A stretch of DNA of 55,702 nucleotides, from contig JBMOIO010000005.1 of assembly GCA_049317285.1 (NCBI GenBank), positions 1 through 55,702 on the forward strand, in the 5' to 3' direction. A program made the translations under genes and the position numbers. Position 1 is the first letter of the stretch; each line of letters opens with the position of its first letter. The DNA comes from Minisyncoccia bacterium. GTDB taxonomy: Bacteria; Patescibacteriota; Minisyncoccia; Phycocordibacterales; UBA9973. Below, in pieces: positions 36,613-46,382 of this stretch. Below the pieces are notes generated by a model that was given only the letters and a program-made list of their open reading frames with translations, searched no databases and was not told where the DNA came from.

Positions 36613-37182
36613 TTAATTGGTCAGCTGGTCAGAGAGCTCGCCCACACCCTGGCGATTTTCGGCAGAATACGGCATCACTATGTGCGGTGCAACCATCGCG
36701 CGGATAGTGTCGAGCTGTCGCTTCAAGTGCGACTTTTTGACCTTGTCGATTTTGTTTGCGGCCACGATGATTGTTTTTCCGTACGCTTCGAGCGCGTGGA
36801 GCATTTCAAGGTCGGCGTCCGTCGGGCCGATTTCTGCATCAATGATGAGCATCACTTTTTTGAGCTGTTCTCCGGCCGAGAACAAGTAGTCGCTGATAAG
36901 TTCCCCCAGGATTTTCTTTTGCGCACCAGACGCCTTTGCATAGCCGTAGCCCGGAAGGTCGACGAGATAAAACTTGTTGTTGATCAAAAAGAGGTTGATC
37001 TGCTGAGTGCGCCCCGGAAACGAACTCGTCTTTGCGAGACCCTTTTGTTTGGTGAGGATATTGATTGTGCTCGACTTGCCTACATTTGAGCGCCCAATAC
37101 AGGCGACCTGTGGCAGGTCGTCGGTAAAGGCGTCAGCGGCAGTGGTGATTCCTTTTACAAATTTTGCGGACGTGATATTCAT
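36613..37182 (-). CDS. engB: ribosome biogenesis GTPase YihA/YsxC
   Basis: GRSNVGKSS, PGRTQ, DLPGYG, NKID. Confidence 0.95.
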   Translation of the reverse strand: MNITSAKFVKGITTAADAFTDDLPQVACIGRSNVGKSSTINILTKQKGLAKTSSFPGRTQQINLFLINNKFYLVDLPGYGYAKASGAQKKILGELISDYLFSAGEQLKKVMLIIDAEIGPTDADLEMLHALEAYGKTIIVAANKIDKVKKSHLKRQLDTIRAMVAPHIVMPYSAENRQGVGELSDQLTN

Positions 37183-37202
37183 ACGGCCATACTAGCACAG
37201 AG

Positions 37203-37598
37203 CTACTTATTGAGCACGGTAATGGTAACTTGAAGCACAGTCGCAAACATCACCCACAAGAGGTATGGTGTTTGGATAAAGGCGATCCATTTTGCATAGG
37301 GATAAATCGCAATCATGGCCCAGACAAGGGTACCGAGGACCAAAAAGATATCGAGTGTTGCGAGCTTGTTACTCATCAAACCAAACTGAATCGGTGTAAA
37401 GAGGACATTGAATATAATATTGAGGATAAAGGGAAGTGCGACAACAAAGGGTATTTCTTTGTTGATCAATTTTGATGCGACCACACCAAACGAAATCGCG
37501 ATCAATACATAGAGCACGCTCCACACCGGACCAAACAGTTTTGCGGGCGGTGCCCAAGTGGGCTTTTCCAATTGCGAGTACCATTCTTTGCTTCTCAT
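37203..37598 (-). CDS. TspO/MBR tryptophan-rich sensory protein
   Basis: WYSQLEKPTWAPP..FGPVW, PYLLWV. Confidence 0.92.
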   Translation of the reverse strand: MRSKEWYSQLEKPTWAPPAKLFGPVWSVLYVLIAISFGVVASKLINKEIPFVVALPFILNIIFNVLFTPIQFGLMSNKLATLDIFLVLGTLVWAMIAIYPYAKWIAFIQTPYLLWVMFATVLQVTITVLNK

Positions 37599-37660
37599 AC
37601 CTTTAGTATATAGCAAAATAGTGTTTACCGTGCGGATACTGCATTTGCTATACTGCATCT

Positions 37661-38299
37661 ATGAAAAAGGTCATTATCGTCAGACACGGCGAAAGCATGG
37701 GTAACCTTGGCGGACGTACAGAAAATGCCTCTTCTATCCCCCTTTCTGAACTCGGCATGGAACAAGCAAGGGGGCTCGTCAAAGAGCTTGAAAAGCCTGA
37801 GGCGATAATCCATTCCTCCTACATCCGTACCAAGCAAACCGCTACACCGCTTCTTGAGCTATTCCCCGATATCGAATCGGAAGAATGGGATAGTACACGC
37901 GAATTCAGTTATCTATCAGGAGAAAAATACAATAACACCACATTCGAAGAGCGCATGGTTCCAAGAGAATCGTTTTGGATCCGCAACGACCCGCACTATA
38001 CAGACGGCGACGATGCCGAGAGTTTTGCGCAGTTTATTGAGCGCGGCGAGCAGGTGCTCCAAGACATCGCGCTCCACAAGGCCGGGCACCTTGTGCTCTT
38101 TAGCCACGAGCAATTCATTCTCCTCTTGCACTTTATTCATGAGCACAAAGAATTGCTCGATAAAGCCAAAGCGGATCCGGAAGCGATGAAGGAAACCATG
38201 CGCCTTTTCAAAGAGACGGTCTTTGACGCAAAGCGTGTTGCAAATGCAACACCGATTGATATCTCTCATATGTTTGCAACAGAACATACTTCAGAGTAA
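37661..38299 (+). CDS. histidine phosphatase family protein
   Basis: VRHGES, RTKQT, SH. Confidence 0.9.
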   Translation: MKKVIIVRHGESMGNLGGRTENASSIPLSELGMEQARGLVKELEKPEAIIHSSYIRTKQTATPLLELFPDIESEEWDSTREFSYLSGEKYNNTTFEERMVPRESFWIRNDPHYTDGDDAESFAQFIERGEQVLQDIALHKAGHLVLFSHEQFILLLHFIHEHKELLDKAKADPEAMKETMRLFKETVFDAKRVANATPIDISHMFATEHTSE

Positions 38300-38370
38300 C
38301 GCATAGTTACCCGCACACTCTCTCGATCACAAAAAACCTCCCGCATGCGGGAGGTTTTTTGTTTTTAAAA

Positions 38371-38973
38371 TTATTTCTTTTTCTTTGCAACAACCTTTTT
38401 TGCTGGAGCTTTTTTAGCAGCAGGCTTGGAAGCTTTGGTAGGAGCCTTTTTTGCTTCTGACTTTCCTTTGCCCGCCTTAGCTTTAGCGATGGCTGGGCTC
38501 TCTACAGCCCTTGGAGCTTCAGTTACTTTCTCTACAGCCTTTTCTTTTGGTGCAGATGTACCGCTTGTCATTTTTTCCATAGCAGTGATGAGGCGATCAA
38601 GCTTCATGCTGATCTCAGTAAGCTCGCGCTTGTTGTCAGCTGGAGCTTGCTTAAATGAAGGACGGTCCTCCTGAGGACGGAAGCTTGGGCGGTCACCGCC
38701 AAAGTCGCGCTTTGGACCGCGGTCGTTAAAGCTTGGGCGCCCACCGCGAGAGTCGTTGCTGTCGCGCTGTCCGTTAAAACAGTCGTTACAAAATACTGGC
38801 TTCCCACTTGTTGGGCGAAATGGTACTTCACAGCCCTTTCCGCATTCAGCACAGGTTGCCTTAAAGAGCATTGGTGCACGGTCTGAGTCGTTTCCTCCCC
38901 ATGACTTTTTCTGGAATGATGGCTTGCCACCAAATCCTCCTTTATTAAATCCGCCCCGATCAAAATTACCCAT
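38371..38973 (-). CDS. CxxC-x17-CxxC domain protein with a basic tail
   Basis: CAECGKGCEVPFRPTSGKPVFCNDC. Confidence 0.88.
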   Translation of the reverse strand: MGNFDRGGFNKGGFGGKPSFQKKSWGGNDSDRAPMLFKATCAECGKGCEVPFRPTSGKPVFCNDCFNGQRDSNDSRGGRPSFNDRGPKRDFGGDRPSFRPQEDRPSFKQAPADNKRELTEISMKLDRLITAMEKMTSGTSAPKEKAVEKVTEAPRAVESPAIAKAKAGKGKSEAKKAPTKASKPAAKKAPAKKVVAKKKK

Positions 38974-39148
38974 ATGTTTACTTTTTTACTGTAGTGCCCA
39001 TTCCGTGAGCAACTTAATGATTATCTTTTAATTATAACATACAATCTCTTTTTTTGCAAGAAACGGTTGCAATTGAGCTCTCCTATCGAGTTATTGACAA
39101 AAAGTCAATAAACCGTAGTATCAGAAAAAATCATTTAAATCCCCTACT

Positions 39149-39502
39149 ATGAACGCGTACGAAATACTGCACAAGTACTTTATTCCCGCTGGCTTTACGC
39201 TCGCAGAATGCCAGTGGCATCCAAAAAAGGATGGCACTGTCTCCTTTCATGCAACCCTGTGCTCAGTACAGGAAGGAAAGATTTCCCGCGTCAACGGCAC
39301 GAGCCACACTGACTTCATTGTTCACGGCGATACTCCTGACGAGGTCGTAGAGAAAATTTTCACTATTGCAAAAACAGAAAAACTCTGGCTCGGTCAGCAC
39401 GGCAACTATCATTCAGTTATTGAGTGGCATCCGTCCGCGGAGCAATTCATTATCCGCGCACTGACAAAAGAAGAAGGTTTACGCCAACACTCTGTACTCT
39501 AA
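39149..39502 (+). CDS. hypothetical protein
   Basis: Own TTGACA promoter (39094) and hairpin (39511-39532). Confidence 0.65.
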   Translation: MNAYEILHKYFIPAGFTLAECQWHPKKDGTVSFHATLCSVQEGKISRVNGTSHTDFIVHGDTPDEVVEKIFTIAKTEKLWLGQHGNYHSVIEWHPSAEQFIIRALTKEEGLRQHSVL

Positions 39503-39530
39503 CCCCACCTAAGCCTGACAATTGTCAGGC

Positions 39531-39788
39531 TTATTTTGTAAAAATCCGAGGATTTTTAATAATTTTGAAAATGATAAAAACGATCATGTACACTACCCAC
39601 CAAATAACTAAATCTGCAAGAAAAAACCAAAAAACAAACCAGTCATTATAAAAAGGTATGGGGTACCCTCTTCCCCCAAAAACACATAAAAAATCTTGAC
39701 AACTTTGGTAAACAAAAAAACTAGAGATTGTAATTAATAGCGGAATGATTAAATAGTGATATTTAAAAGTAAAATTCTTTTTTTTCAT
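39531..39788 (-). CDS. small membrane protein
   Basis: Two TMs, GYPIPF; follows the large secreted gene. Confidence 0.6.
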   Translation of the reverse strand: MKKKNFTFKYHYLIIPLLITISSFFVYQSCQDFLCVFGGRGYPIPFYNDWFVFWFFLADLVIWWVVYMIVFIIFKIIKNPRIFTK

Positions 39789-39800
39789 ATTCAGAAGTGT

Positions 39801-42800
39801 TTATAAGATTAGTTTTCTAATAACAAAAAGTAGTACCAAGCCCGCAACTCCAATAATCATAGCATTATTACTTTTAGGAATCCTCTGCTCTTGTTCGGAT
39901 GATTTGATTCCCCGCATTTTAAACTCGCCCTGAACTTCGGCTGGTTTTTGAAGTGCTGAATCTTTTTTGTTTTGAGTATTGTTAAACACTCCCTCTTGAG
40001 GAGCGGTAGGTATTTCAACAGCGACTGCTTTTTCTACTAGTCTTTCCGATAGTAATGATTCTGATTTTCTTGGAGCGTTAGCTCTAGAAATGGAATCAAG
40101 AGTGGTCTCATATATACCATCGCCCTCTTGGTCGAGACGAAGTTCGTACTCGGTACTATCGTCTTGTATAACTACTTCACCCGCCATATTCATACTACTA
40201 ATCGGTACATCGACAAAGCGCCTTTCAATACCAACTTCATCAACCTCATTTATCTGACTGATAACCAGGTCATACTCCCCCAGTGCTTCTGCTTGATTCA
40301 CTATTCTATACGTTTGCCCTTCTGGAAGAAAGGCAAATTTTTCATGATCAATCACCTCATAGCTCACCCCATCAATGCCATACTCAATACTGCCGTCAGG
40401 CATGGGGCCGGTATGCCGACCCGATTCATCGTAAATATGAAGCGATACGGGACTGTGGATTTCTATTGCCGTCCCCGAAACATTGCAAGTAGTATTGTCA
40501 GCAGAAATACCGACAGGATGTTCTCCTTTCAGAAGCTGTGCGATCGCAGTGCGTAATGGTAGGACAGAAGGAAGTTTGGCGTGCGAGTACTCTTTGACAT
40601 AATAGGTACCCGTAACAGCACCATCTATAGCGCTGACGAGGGGCACCGTTTCATCACCAGTACCATAAAACACTTTGTACCCATCATTAAAAAATGTTTT
40701 CTTGCCAATCTGTATTCCTGTCACGGTCTTGCCAACACCGCACCCCACAAAGTTATATGTTTGTATTCCCGTCATATCGAAAGTATCGAGTGTTGTATGA
40801 AGAATATCGGCATTGGCAAGTAGTGCACCGTGTTTGTCGTGTAGCACAAGAAAATCATTGATACCTATATAGTCTGGATAGCCACCATGTTCAACATATC
40901 TATACCCTAGCGTATCGACATACCTTCGAGTGGGCAACAGTTCGTATATTGACGGCATATTTTGAGAAATCACTTTTACTCTGTTTGGATTTAATAAATT
41001 TACTATAAATTTCATACCCATATTATCTCCGTACATCAAAGTCTTAAAAGCCTTTGGTGCACCCAAGTGCGGTGTGCCGATGAAAAATAGTTGATCTACC
41101 TTTTCTTTTCCATACTGCGAAATATACGCCTTAGAAAGTATGCCACCCATACTGTGCGCAATAATATCCACTTTTTCCTTTCCGCTTTGTAAAAGCACTG
41201 CTTCAATTTTCTCTTTTACTACTACTGCATTTGTTGTATTACTGAGACGCCAGTCGTAGGGCAGTACGAATAAATCTACCCCTTCTCTGTATCCTTCCTG
41301 TTCAAGTTGGCCAATAAGTCCATTAAATATATCGAGTCCTGGAGCACTTCGTATGATATCCCCAAGGATCATTGGCCGTGCTGGATCAGGAACACCAGAA
41401 GAGAGAAGAATTAATTGATTAAGTATTTCATCAATAGTATCAATAGCGAGTAAGAGAAAATTTGGCCAGACCTCTAAATTATCACCATAATTTTTTATTA
41501 ACTTAGTTCCAGTAATCCCCGGTATGATAATCACTGGATCACGAAGGTTTAATGGGGCAGGCTCGGATACCGGTTCTGCAAACGGATCCGCGGTCAGCCA
41601 CGGCGAATATACCAAACCGTCAGAGTGGGTCGCCATAATGGCTTGCCCGTCTCCGCCACTGTTTGTTGCTATTGTCGGACCGTTCGCACTACCCCACCAG
41701 TTTCCTGAAACATCCAAGGCGGGCATACTACTTGCTACTATACCTACCGTATTGCCGTGAAAGCTATTGTTTGAAATGATTGCAGGTGTTCCTACAAGCG
41801 AAAGAGCTGTTGTTCCATTTTTAAATTCACTGTTGCGTACAGCGACTGCGCCCGCATTTTCTACCGATACTGCAGTAGTTGCGATATTTTCAAAGACTGT
41901 TTCAGTAATACTTAATGACCCGTATGTTCCATATATTCCACCGCAAAGATTTCGAAAAAAGGTGTGCTCGATGGTGACAGCAGGTGGAGGCGGAGCAGGA
42001 GTATACCCCCACCACCGATAGTAATTAATCACCGGATAGTGCGCTGAACAATTCCCGTCTCCATAAATGGTAACAGGGTTCTCAGCAGTTCCAGTGATAG
42101 TAAGTACTCCTTGCACATTAAACAATCCTTCGTCTGTACCCTGACCGTAATAAATACTCACTCCAGGACCTATCGAAAGCGTTGCTGTGCGAGCTACTTG
42201 CGCCGAGACGAGCTTATACACTCCATCTGTATTATCAATCGCAACGGTTTGCTCCGGCAGCACGTGTACACTAAGGTGCCAGCCGGGGATATCTGTTGCA
42301 AACGTATTATCCGAGTGTGTAAATATTCCTCCCTGAATAAATCCAGCAATAGGACTGCTTGAAAAAATTGTATTGGTAACAATGAGCGTGCCCGTCACAC
42401 TGTGAAGCGGATAGAGTGATATATCAGCAAACGTACCGTGATCAATAGTGACAGTGCTGTAGCTGTTGAGCATCATGCCGTAGTGCATGCCGCTAAAATC
42501 AACATATGAAAATTCTCCAACGACTGGTGGTTCTGTTGATTGTGCCCAAAAATAAAAACCGATATCTTCTGCGCTTGCACCCTCACCTTCCAAAGACTCG
42601 GAAGACGGTTGTTGTTTGGTAAAAATAATATGATTGTCCACTGCACCATGCGCAATTATTTTTCCTCCTGAAAGAACACGCAGTTGTGCGCCGTCTTCAT
42701 ACTCAACCCGCGTCCCTGGTAATATGGTGAGCGTTGCGCCCTGAACCTGAGCAATACCGCGAATAGTATATACACCGTCTTGAGGGGACCATGTTCTATC

Positions 42801-42896
42801 GCTGAATACCGATTCGACAATAGTGTCAGCATATACACACGCAGGTGTCGCTATAAAACAAATAGTAAGGCTGATCAAAAATAAAAACTTCTTCAC
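39801..42896 (-). CDS. large secreted protein: beta-helix region + LCAT-like alpha/beta hydrolase, C-terminal TM
   Basis: Signal peptide, NWWG..GP, PVIIIPG, PYDWR, AHSMGG, GTPHLG, GDETVP. Confidence 0.85.
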   Translation of the reverse strand: MKKFLFLISLTICFIATPACVYADTIVESVFSDRTWSPQDGVYTIRGIAQVQGATLTILPGTRVEYEDGAQLRVLSGGKIIAHGAVDNHIIFTKQQPSSESLEGEGASAEDIGFYFWAQSTEPPVVGEFSYVDFSGMHYGMMLNSYSTVTIDHGTFADISLYPLHSVTGTLIVTNTIFSSSPIAGFIQGGIFTHSDNTFATDIPGWHLSVHVLPEQTVAIDNTDGVYKLVSAQVARTATLSIGPGVSIYYGQGTDEGLFNVQGVLTITGTAENPVTIYGDGNCSAHYPVINYYRWWGYTPAPPPPAVTIEHTFFRNLCGGIYGTYGSLSITETVFENIATTAVSVENAGAVAVRNSEFKNGTTALSLVGTPAIISNNSFHGNTVGIVASSMPALDVSGNWWGSANGPTIATNSGGDGQAIMATHSDGLVYSPWLTADPFAEPVSEPAPLNLRDPVIIIPGITGTKLIKNYGDNLEVWPNFLLLAIDTIDEILNQLILLSSGVPDPARPMILGDIIRSAPGLDIFNGLIGQLEQEGYREGVDLFVLPYDWRLSNTTNAVVVKEKIEAVLLQSGKEKVDIIAHSMGGILSKAYISQYGKEKVDQLFFIGTPHLGAPKAFKTLMYGDNMGMKFIVNLLNPNRVKVISQNMPSIYELLPTRRYVDTLGYRYVEHGGYPDYIGINDFLVLHDKHGALLANADILHTTLDTFDMTGIQTYNFVGCGVGKTVTGIQIGKKTFFNDGYKVFYGTGDETVPLVSAIDGAVTGTYYVKEYSHAKLPSVLPLRTAIAQLLKGEHPVGISADNTTCNVSGTAIEIHSPVSLHIYDESGRHTGPMPDGSIEYGIDGVSYEVIDHEKFAFLPEGQTYRIVNQAEALGEYDLVISQINEVDEVGIERRFVDVPISSMNMAGEVVIQDDSTEYELRLDQEGDGIYETTLDSISRANAPRKSESLLSERLVEKAVAVEIPTAPQEGVFNNTQNKKDSALQKPAEVQGEFKMRGIKSSEQEQRIPKSNNAMIIGVAGLVLLFVIRKLIL

Positions 42897-42935
42897 CTCT
42901 GCTGTATATCACAGTGAGTTAAAGAAAAAATAAAG

Positions 42936-42987
42936 AACCCCTAATACTCAAAATCTTGCTATAGCAAGATTTTGAGTATTAGGGGTT
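42936..42987. repeat. 52-bp perfect palindrome
   Basis: AACCCCTAATACTCAAAATCTTGCTA|TAGCAAGATTTTGAGTATTAGGGGTT. Confidence 0.9.
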
Positions 42988-43009
42988 ATCGGTTTATTTA
43001 TAGTTTTAT

Positions 43010-44455
43010 TTATGAGAGAGCGTGAGTGATTCGAGAGAGGGTTGTTTGTTTGCCGAGGATAGTGGCGAGCTCAAACGGGTCGGGGGATTTTTCACGGCCA
43101 GAGAGCGCAACGCGAAGCGGCCAAAGGACATTGCCCTTCCCCACTTCTTCAGCATACGGCATAAGAGCGCCTTTTATGCCGTCGTAGTTCCAAACATCTT
43201 CTGTAATGCTTTCAAGGATTTCTCGGGCCTTTGCAAGGTGAAGCTTTGCGTTTTCTAGGCTGTCGGTTTTCCAGACAAGCATGCTTTCATCAATCACCGG
43301 CTCTTTAAAGAAGTAGTCAAACTCGCCTGCTTCAAACAGTGTTTGAATATCAGAGAATTTTTCGATGCGGTCGCGGATAAGGTGCTCGATAGCGGCGAGC
43401 ATTTTATACTCGGTATCGATTACATACACCCAGGCCGGAACAAAGCCTTCGCCGGCGGTCCAAAAGGCGCTTTGGTCCATCTTTTTAATATATTCTCGGT
43501 TGATCCAATCAAGCTTTTCTTCATTTGCAACAGCTCCGCCTTTTTGGATACGGTCGAGCGTAAATGCTTCAATCAGCTCTTCTTTGGAAAAGAGCTCTTG
43601 TTCAGTGCCCGGGTTCCACCCGACAAATGCGAGATAGTTCATCATCGCTTCGGGCAAGTACCCTTCTTTTTTATAATCGAGTACGTCTTTTGCTCCGTCG
43701 CGCTTGCCGAGTTTTTTCGTGCGATCGCTTCGCAAAATAGGCGGAAGTGTTGCAAGCTTTGGCTTTGGAATTTCAAGCGCTTCATAGAGACTCAAGAATC
43801 GGGGTGTGCTTGAAATCCATTCGTCTGCGCGAAGCACATGCGTCACTCCCATATTGTAGTCGTCGATAATATGGGCAAATGCATACACTGGATAGCCGTC
43901 TGCTTTGATGATAACAATATCATCAAGCGCTTCAGGACCGGCCGCGAGTTCTCCGCGCACCTCATCAAACCATTCATAGCGCTTTAATTCAGGCACTTTG
44001 AAGCGAAGCGCGGTTGTCCCGTCCCAGGTGCCAAATGTTTCTGGGCGATGGTCGCGAAACAGAAAAGGTCGCTTTTCTTCTTGAGCCTTTTGTCTGAATG
44101 CTTCTACTTCTTCTGCGGTGTACGGATCCGGATATGCCAACCCTTTCGCAATAAGCTTGTGTGCCCATTCTAGATACGTATCAAGCCTTTCGGACTGAAT
44201 GCAAGAACCAAACGGCCCGGGCTTGTCCGGCCCAAAGTCAGGCTCTATACCAAGCCAGCGAAGGGATTCTTGAATATGAGCAATAGAGCCCTCAACTTCA
44301 CGGGCTTTGTCAGTATCCTCAATGCGGAGGATAAATGTTCCGTTATCTTTTTTTGCCAGAAGGTATGCAAAGAGCGCTGTGCGCAATCCGCCAATATGCA
44401 CAAAGCCGGTCGGGCTTGGGGCGAAACGAGTCACTATTTTTTGAGAGTCAGTCAT
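43010..44455 (-). CDS. gltX: glutamate--tRNA ligase
   Basis: RFAPSPTG, HIGG, LRIEDTD, KLGKR. Confidence 0.96.
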   Translation of the reverse strand: MTDSQKIVTRFAPSPTGFVHIGGLRTALFAYLLAKKDNGTFILRIEDTDKAREVEGSIAHIQESLRWLGIEPDFGPDKPGPFGSCIQSERLDTYLEWAHKLIAKGLAYPDPYTAEEVEAFRQKAQEEKRPFLFRDHRPETFGTWDGTTALRFKVPELKRYEWFDEVRGELAAGPEALDDIVIIKADGYPVYAFAHIIDDYNMGVTHVLRADEWISSTPRFLSLYEALEIPKPKLATLPPILRSDRTKKLGKRDGAKDVLDYKKEGYLPEAMMNYLAFVGWNPGTEQELFSKEELIEAFTLDRIQKGGAVANEEKLDWINREYIKKMDQSAFWTAGEGFVPAWVYVIDTEYKMLAAIEHLIRDRIEKFSDIQTLFEAGEFDYFFKEPVIDESMLVWKTDSLENAKLHLAKAREILESITEDVWNYDGIKGALMPYAEEVGKGNVLWPLRVALSGREKSPDPFELATILGKQTTLSRITHALS

Positions 44456-44535
44456 GTATTCATACTACCAAACAAAGTGGTTATTGACAAAAGATAGAAT
44501 AGTTATAGACTGAGAAAAAACTTAACATAAGAATT

Positions 44536-44835
44536 ATGGAAAACTATCAAGTATTTCTCGCACTCTTTCTATTGGTGTGTTCGGTCAGTCTGTACATTGC
44601 AGCCTCAAAGATTCGCGGAATTCTGACTATTCATCTCCCCCCTCAACGAGGAGAGCGTGAAGACGAGATTGCAGCTGTAAGAATTTGCATGTTTCTTTCA
44701 ATTGCGTGTGGTGTAGCATCTTTTTTTATCTGCAATAGTATTGGGCGCATTCCGACGAATCACCTTGTGGTTTGCTTCGGTTCACTCTTCGGTATTTTTC
44801 ACATTGTATTTCACGACTTAGTTTTTGAAAACTAA
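44536..44835 (+). CDS. small membrane protein
   Basis: Three hydrophobic segments; TTGACA at 44484; hairpin at about 44837-44865. Confidence 0.6.
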   Translation: MENYQVFLALFLLVCSVSLYIAASKIRGILTIHLPPQRGEREDEIAAVRICMFLSIACGVASFFICNSIGRIPTNHLVVCFGSLFGIFHIVFHDLVFEN

Positions 44836-44864
44836 GAAAATCCGCACCAACAGGTGCGGATTTT

Positions 44865-45620
44865 TTATTTATTTCGGCTGTATTCGTACAATACCACTGA
44901 GGCTGCAACTGATGCGTTGAGTGACTCGCACCCGGGCTCCATGGGGATAGTGAGCTTTACATCACAGAGCTCGAGCGTTTTTTCGCGGATGCCGGTAGAC
45001 TCGTTGCCAACGACAATGAGCGTCCCTCCGTCAAACTCGGCGTCTTTGAGTGTTGTGTCCCCGTCCATGACTAGGCCGTAGCTCCACATGCGCTTAGTAG
45101 CGAGTGCACGCATGGTCTGGTTTACATTTCCGATACGGACTATGGGGATGCGAAATACCATGCCAGCTGAAGTTTTTATTACTACACCAGTAATAGGCGC
45201 TTGGTTGTGCTCGGGCATTAACACTGCGTGTGCGCCAAATGCTGCAGCACTGCGGATGATTGCACCGACATTGTGCGGGTCTTGCAGTTCGTCCAAAAGG
45301 ACAAAGCACGGAGCAGGCACCGTATCAAAAATTTTCATCATGTCCTCCATTGAGGTGTAGAGCTTTTCAGTGTTAATGACCGCAATCACGCCTTGGTGCA
45401 CTGCGTCGTTGCCCACCTGCTTTTTTGCATCGTCGCCTTTCATACTACTGACCGCGATTGCGTGCTGCTTCAAGAGCCCCATCAGCTCTTTATCGCTCTC
45501 AGCGTTCTGGTCGAGAAAAACTTTCTGCACCGAAAGCGGGCGCGTCAACAGCGCCTCGCGAAGCGCGTGCTTGCCGTAGAGATAGATTTTTTCGTCCCGA
45601 ATAGGGCCTTTTGATTTCAT
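44865..45620 (-). CDS. rlmB: TrmH/RlmB-family SPOUT RNA methyltransferase
   Basis: HQGV, DPHNVGAIIRSA, GNESTG, SLNASVA. Confidence 0.88.
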   Translation of the reverse strand: MKSKGPIRDEKIYLYGKHALREALLTRPLSVQKVFLDQNAESDKELMGLLKQHAIAVSSMKGDDAKKQVGNDAVHQGVIAVINTEKLYTSMEDMMKIFDTVPAPCFVLLDELQDPHNVGAIIRSAAAFGAHAVLMPEHNQAPITGVVIKTSAGMVFRIPIVRIGNVNQTMRALATKRMWSYGLVMDGDTTLKDAEFDGGTLIVVGNESTGIREKTLELCDVKLTIPMEPGCESLNASVAASVVLYEYSRNK

Positions 45621-45665
45621 ACCGCCATAGTACAGCAGATAGAGTATTCAGTAAACCAGAGAAGA

Positions 45666-46199
45666 TTATGGCTGGACAATATCCCCCTTTCCTTCGACAG
45701 TGATAATCACTTTTTTTACTGTCGGAAACTGCAATAGTGTTTGTGTTATCTGAGACTCAATAAACTGCCCGGCGCACAAGCCTACATTTTTATTATTAAG
45801 TTCCTTGCTAAAGTCCACGCTCGCCACGCCATTTACAATAGAGAGTGAGTTGATTGTTGTGTTGGGAACAATGGAAGTCTGAAAGCCTTGTGCAATATCT
45901 TCCCCAGTAAGTCCTTTAATCAATTCGTTCAGCGAGGCTTCTCCTACAGCGAGCGTATACGGAACACTGCGTGTAATCGGGTGCACAACAGAGCAATCCA
46001 TGAACCCCGGGTCCTTTATTCCATTTGCAAAATATACCTTCACTACAAGGTCTTCCTTTTGAGTGGTGTTGTTTGGAGTTTCAGGTGTTTCAGTTACAGG
46101 CGTAACCAGAGGGGCCGGTTCTTTTTTCATTGCAAAAATAGCAAGAGCGCCGAATAGTGCCAAAGCAAGCATGGTAAGGAGTATCGTTTTGGTATTCAT
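45666..46199 (-). CDS. GerMN-domain protein
   Basis: N-terminal TM, LNELIKG, GVASVDFS, QITQTLLQFPTVKKV. Confidence 0.85.
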   Translation of the reverse strand: MNTKTILLTMLALALFGALAIFAMKKEPAPLVTPVTETPETPNNTTQKEDLVVKVYFANGIKDPGFMDCSVVHPITRSVPYTLAVGEASLNELIKGLTGEDIAQGFQTSIVPNTTINSLSIVNGVASVDFSKELNNKNVGLCAGQFIESQITQTLLQFPTVKKVIITVEGKGDIVQP

Positions 46200-46382
46200 A
46201 GAGTAAGTATACCCCGTAGCACGCTATTTGTTCCCTTTCGATACATTGACAAATACATAATAATATGTTAATATACTATCAAACTTGTGGGGTAAAAAGG
46301 TGCCACATAAAAGCTAGGAATAGCACTCTGCGATTAAAAGCACAGGAACACGCCTTCTTCATTCATTAATAAAAGAATAACA

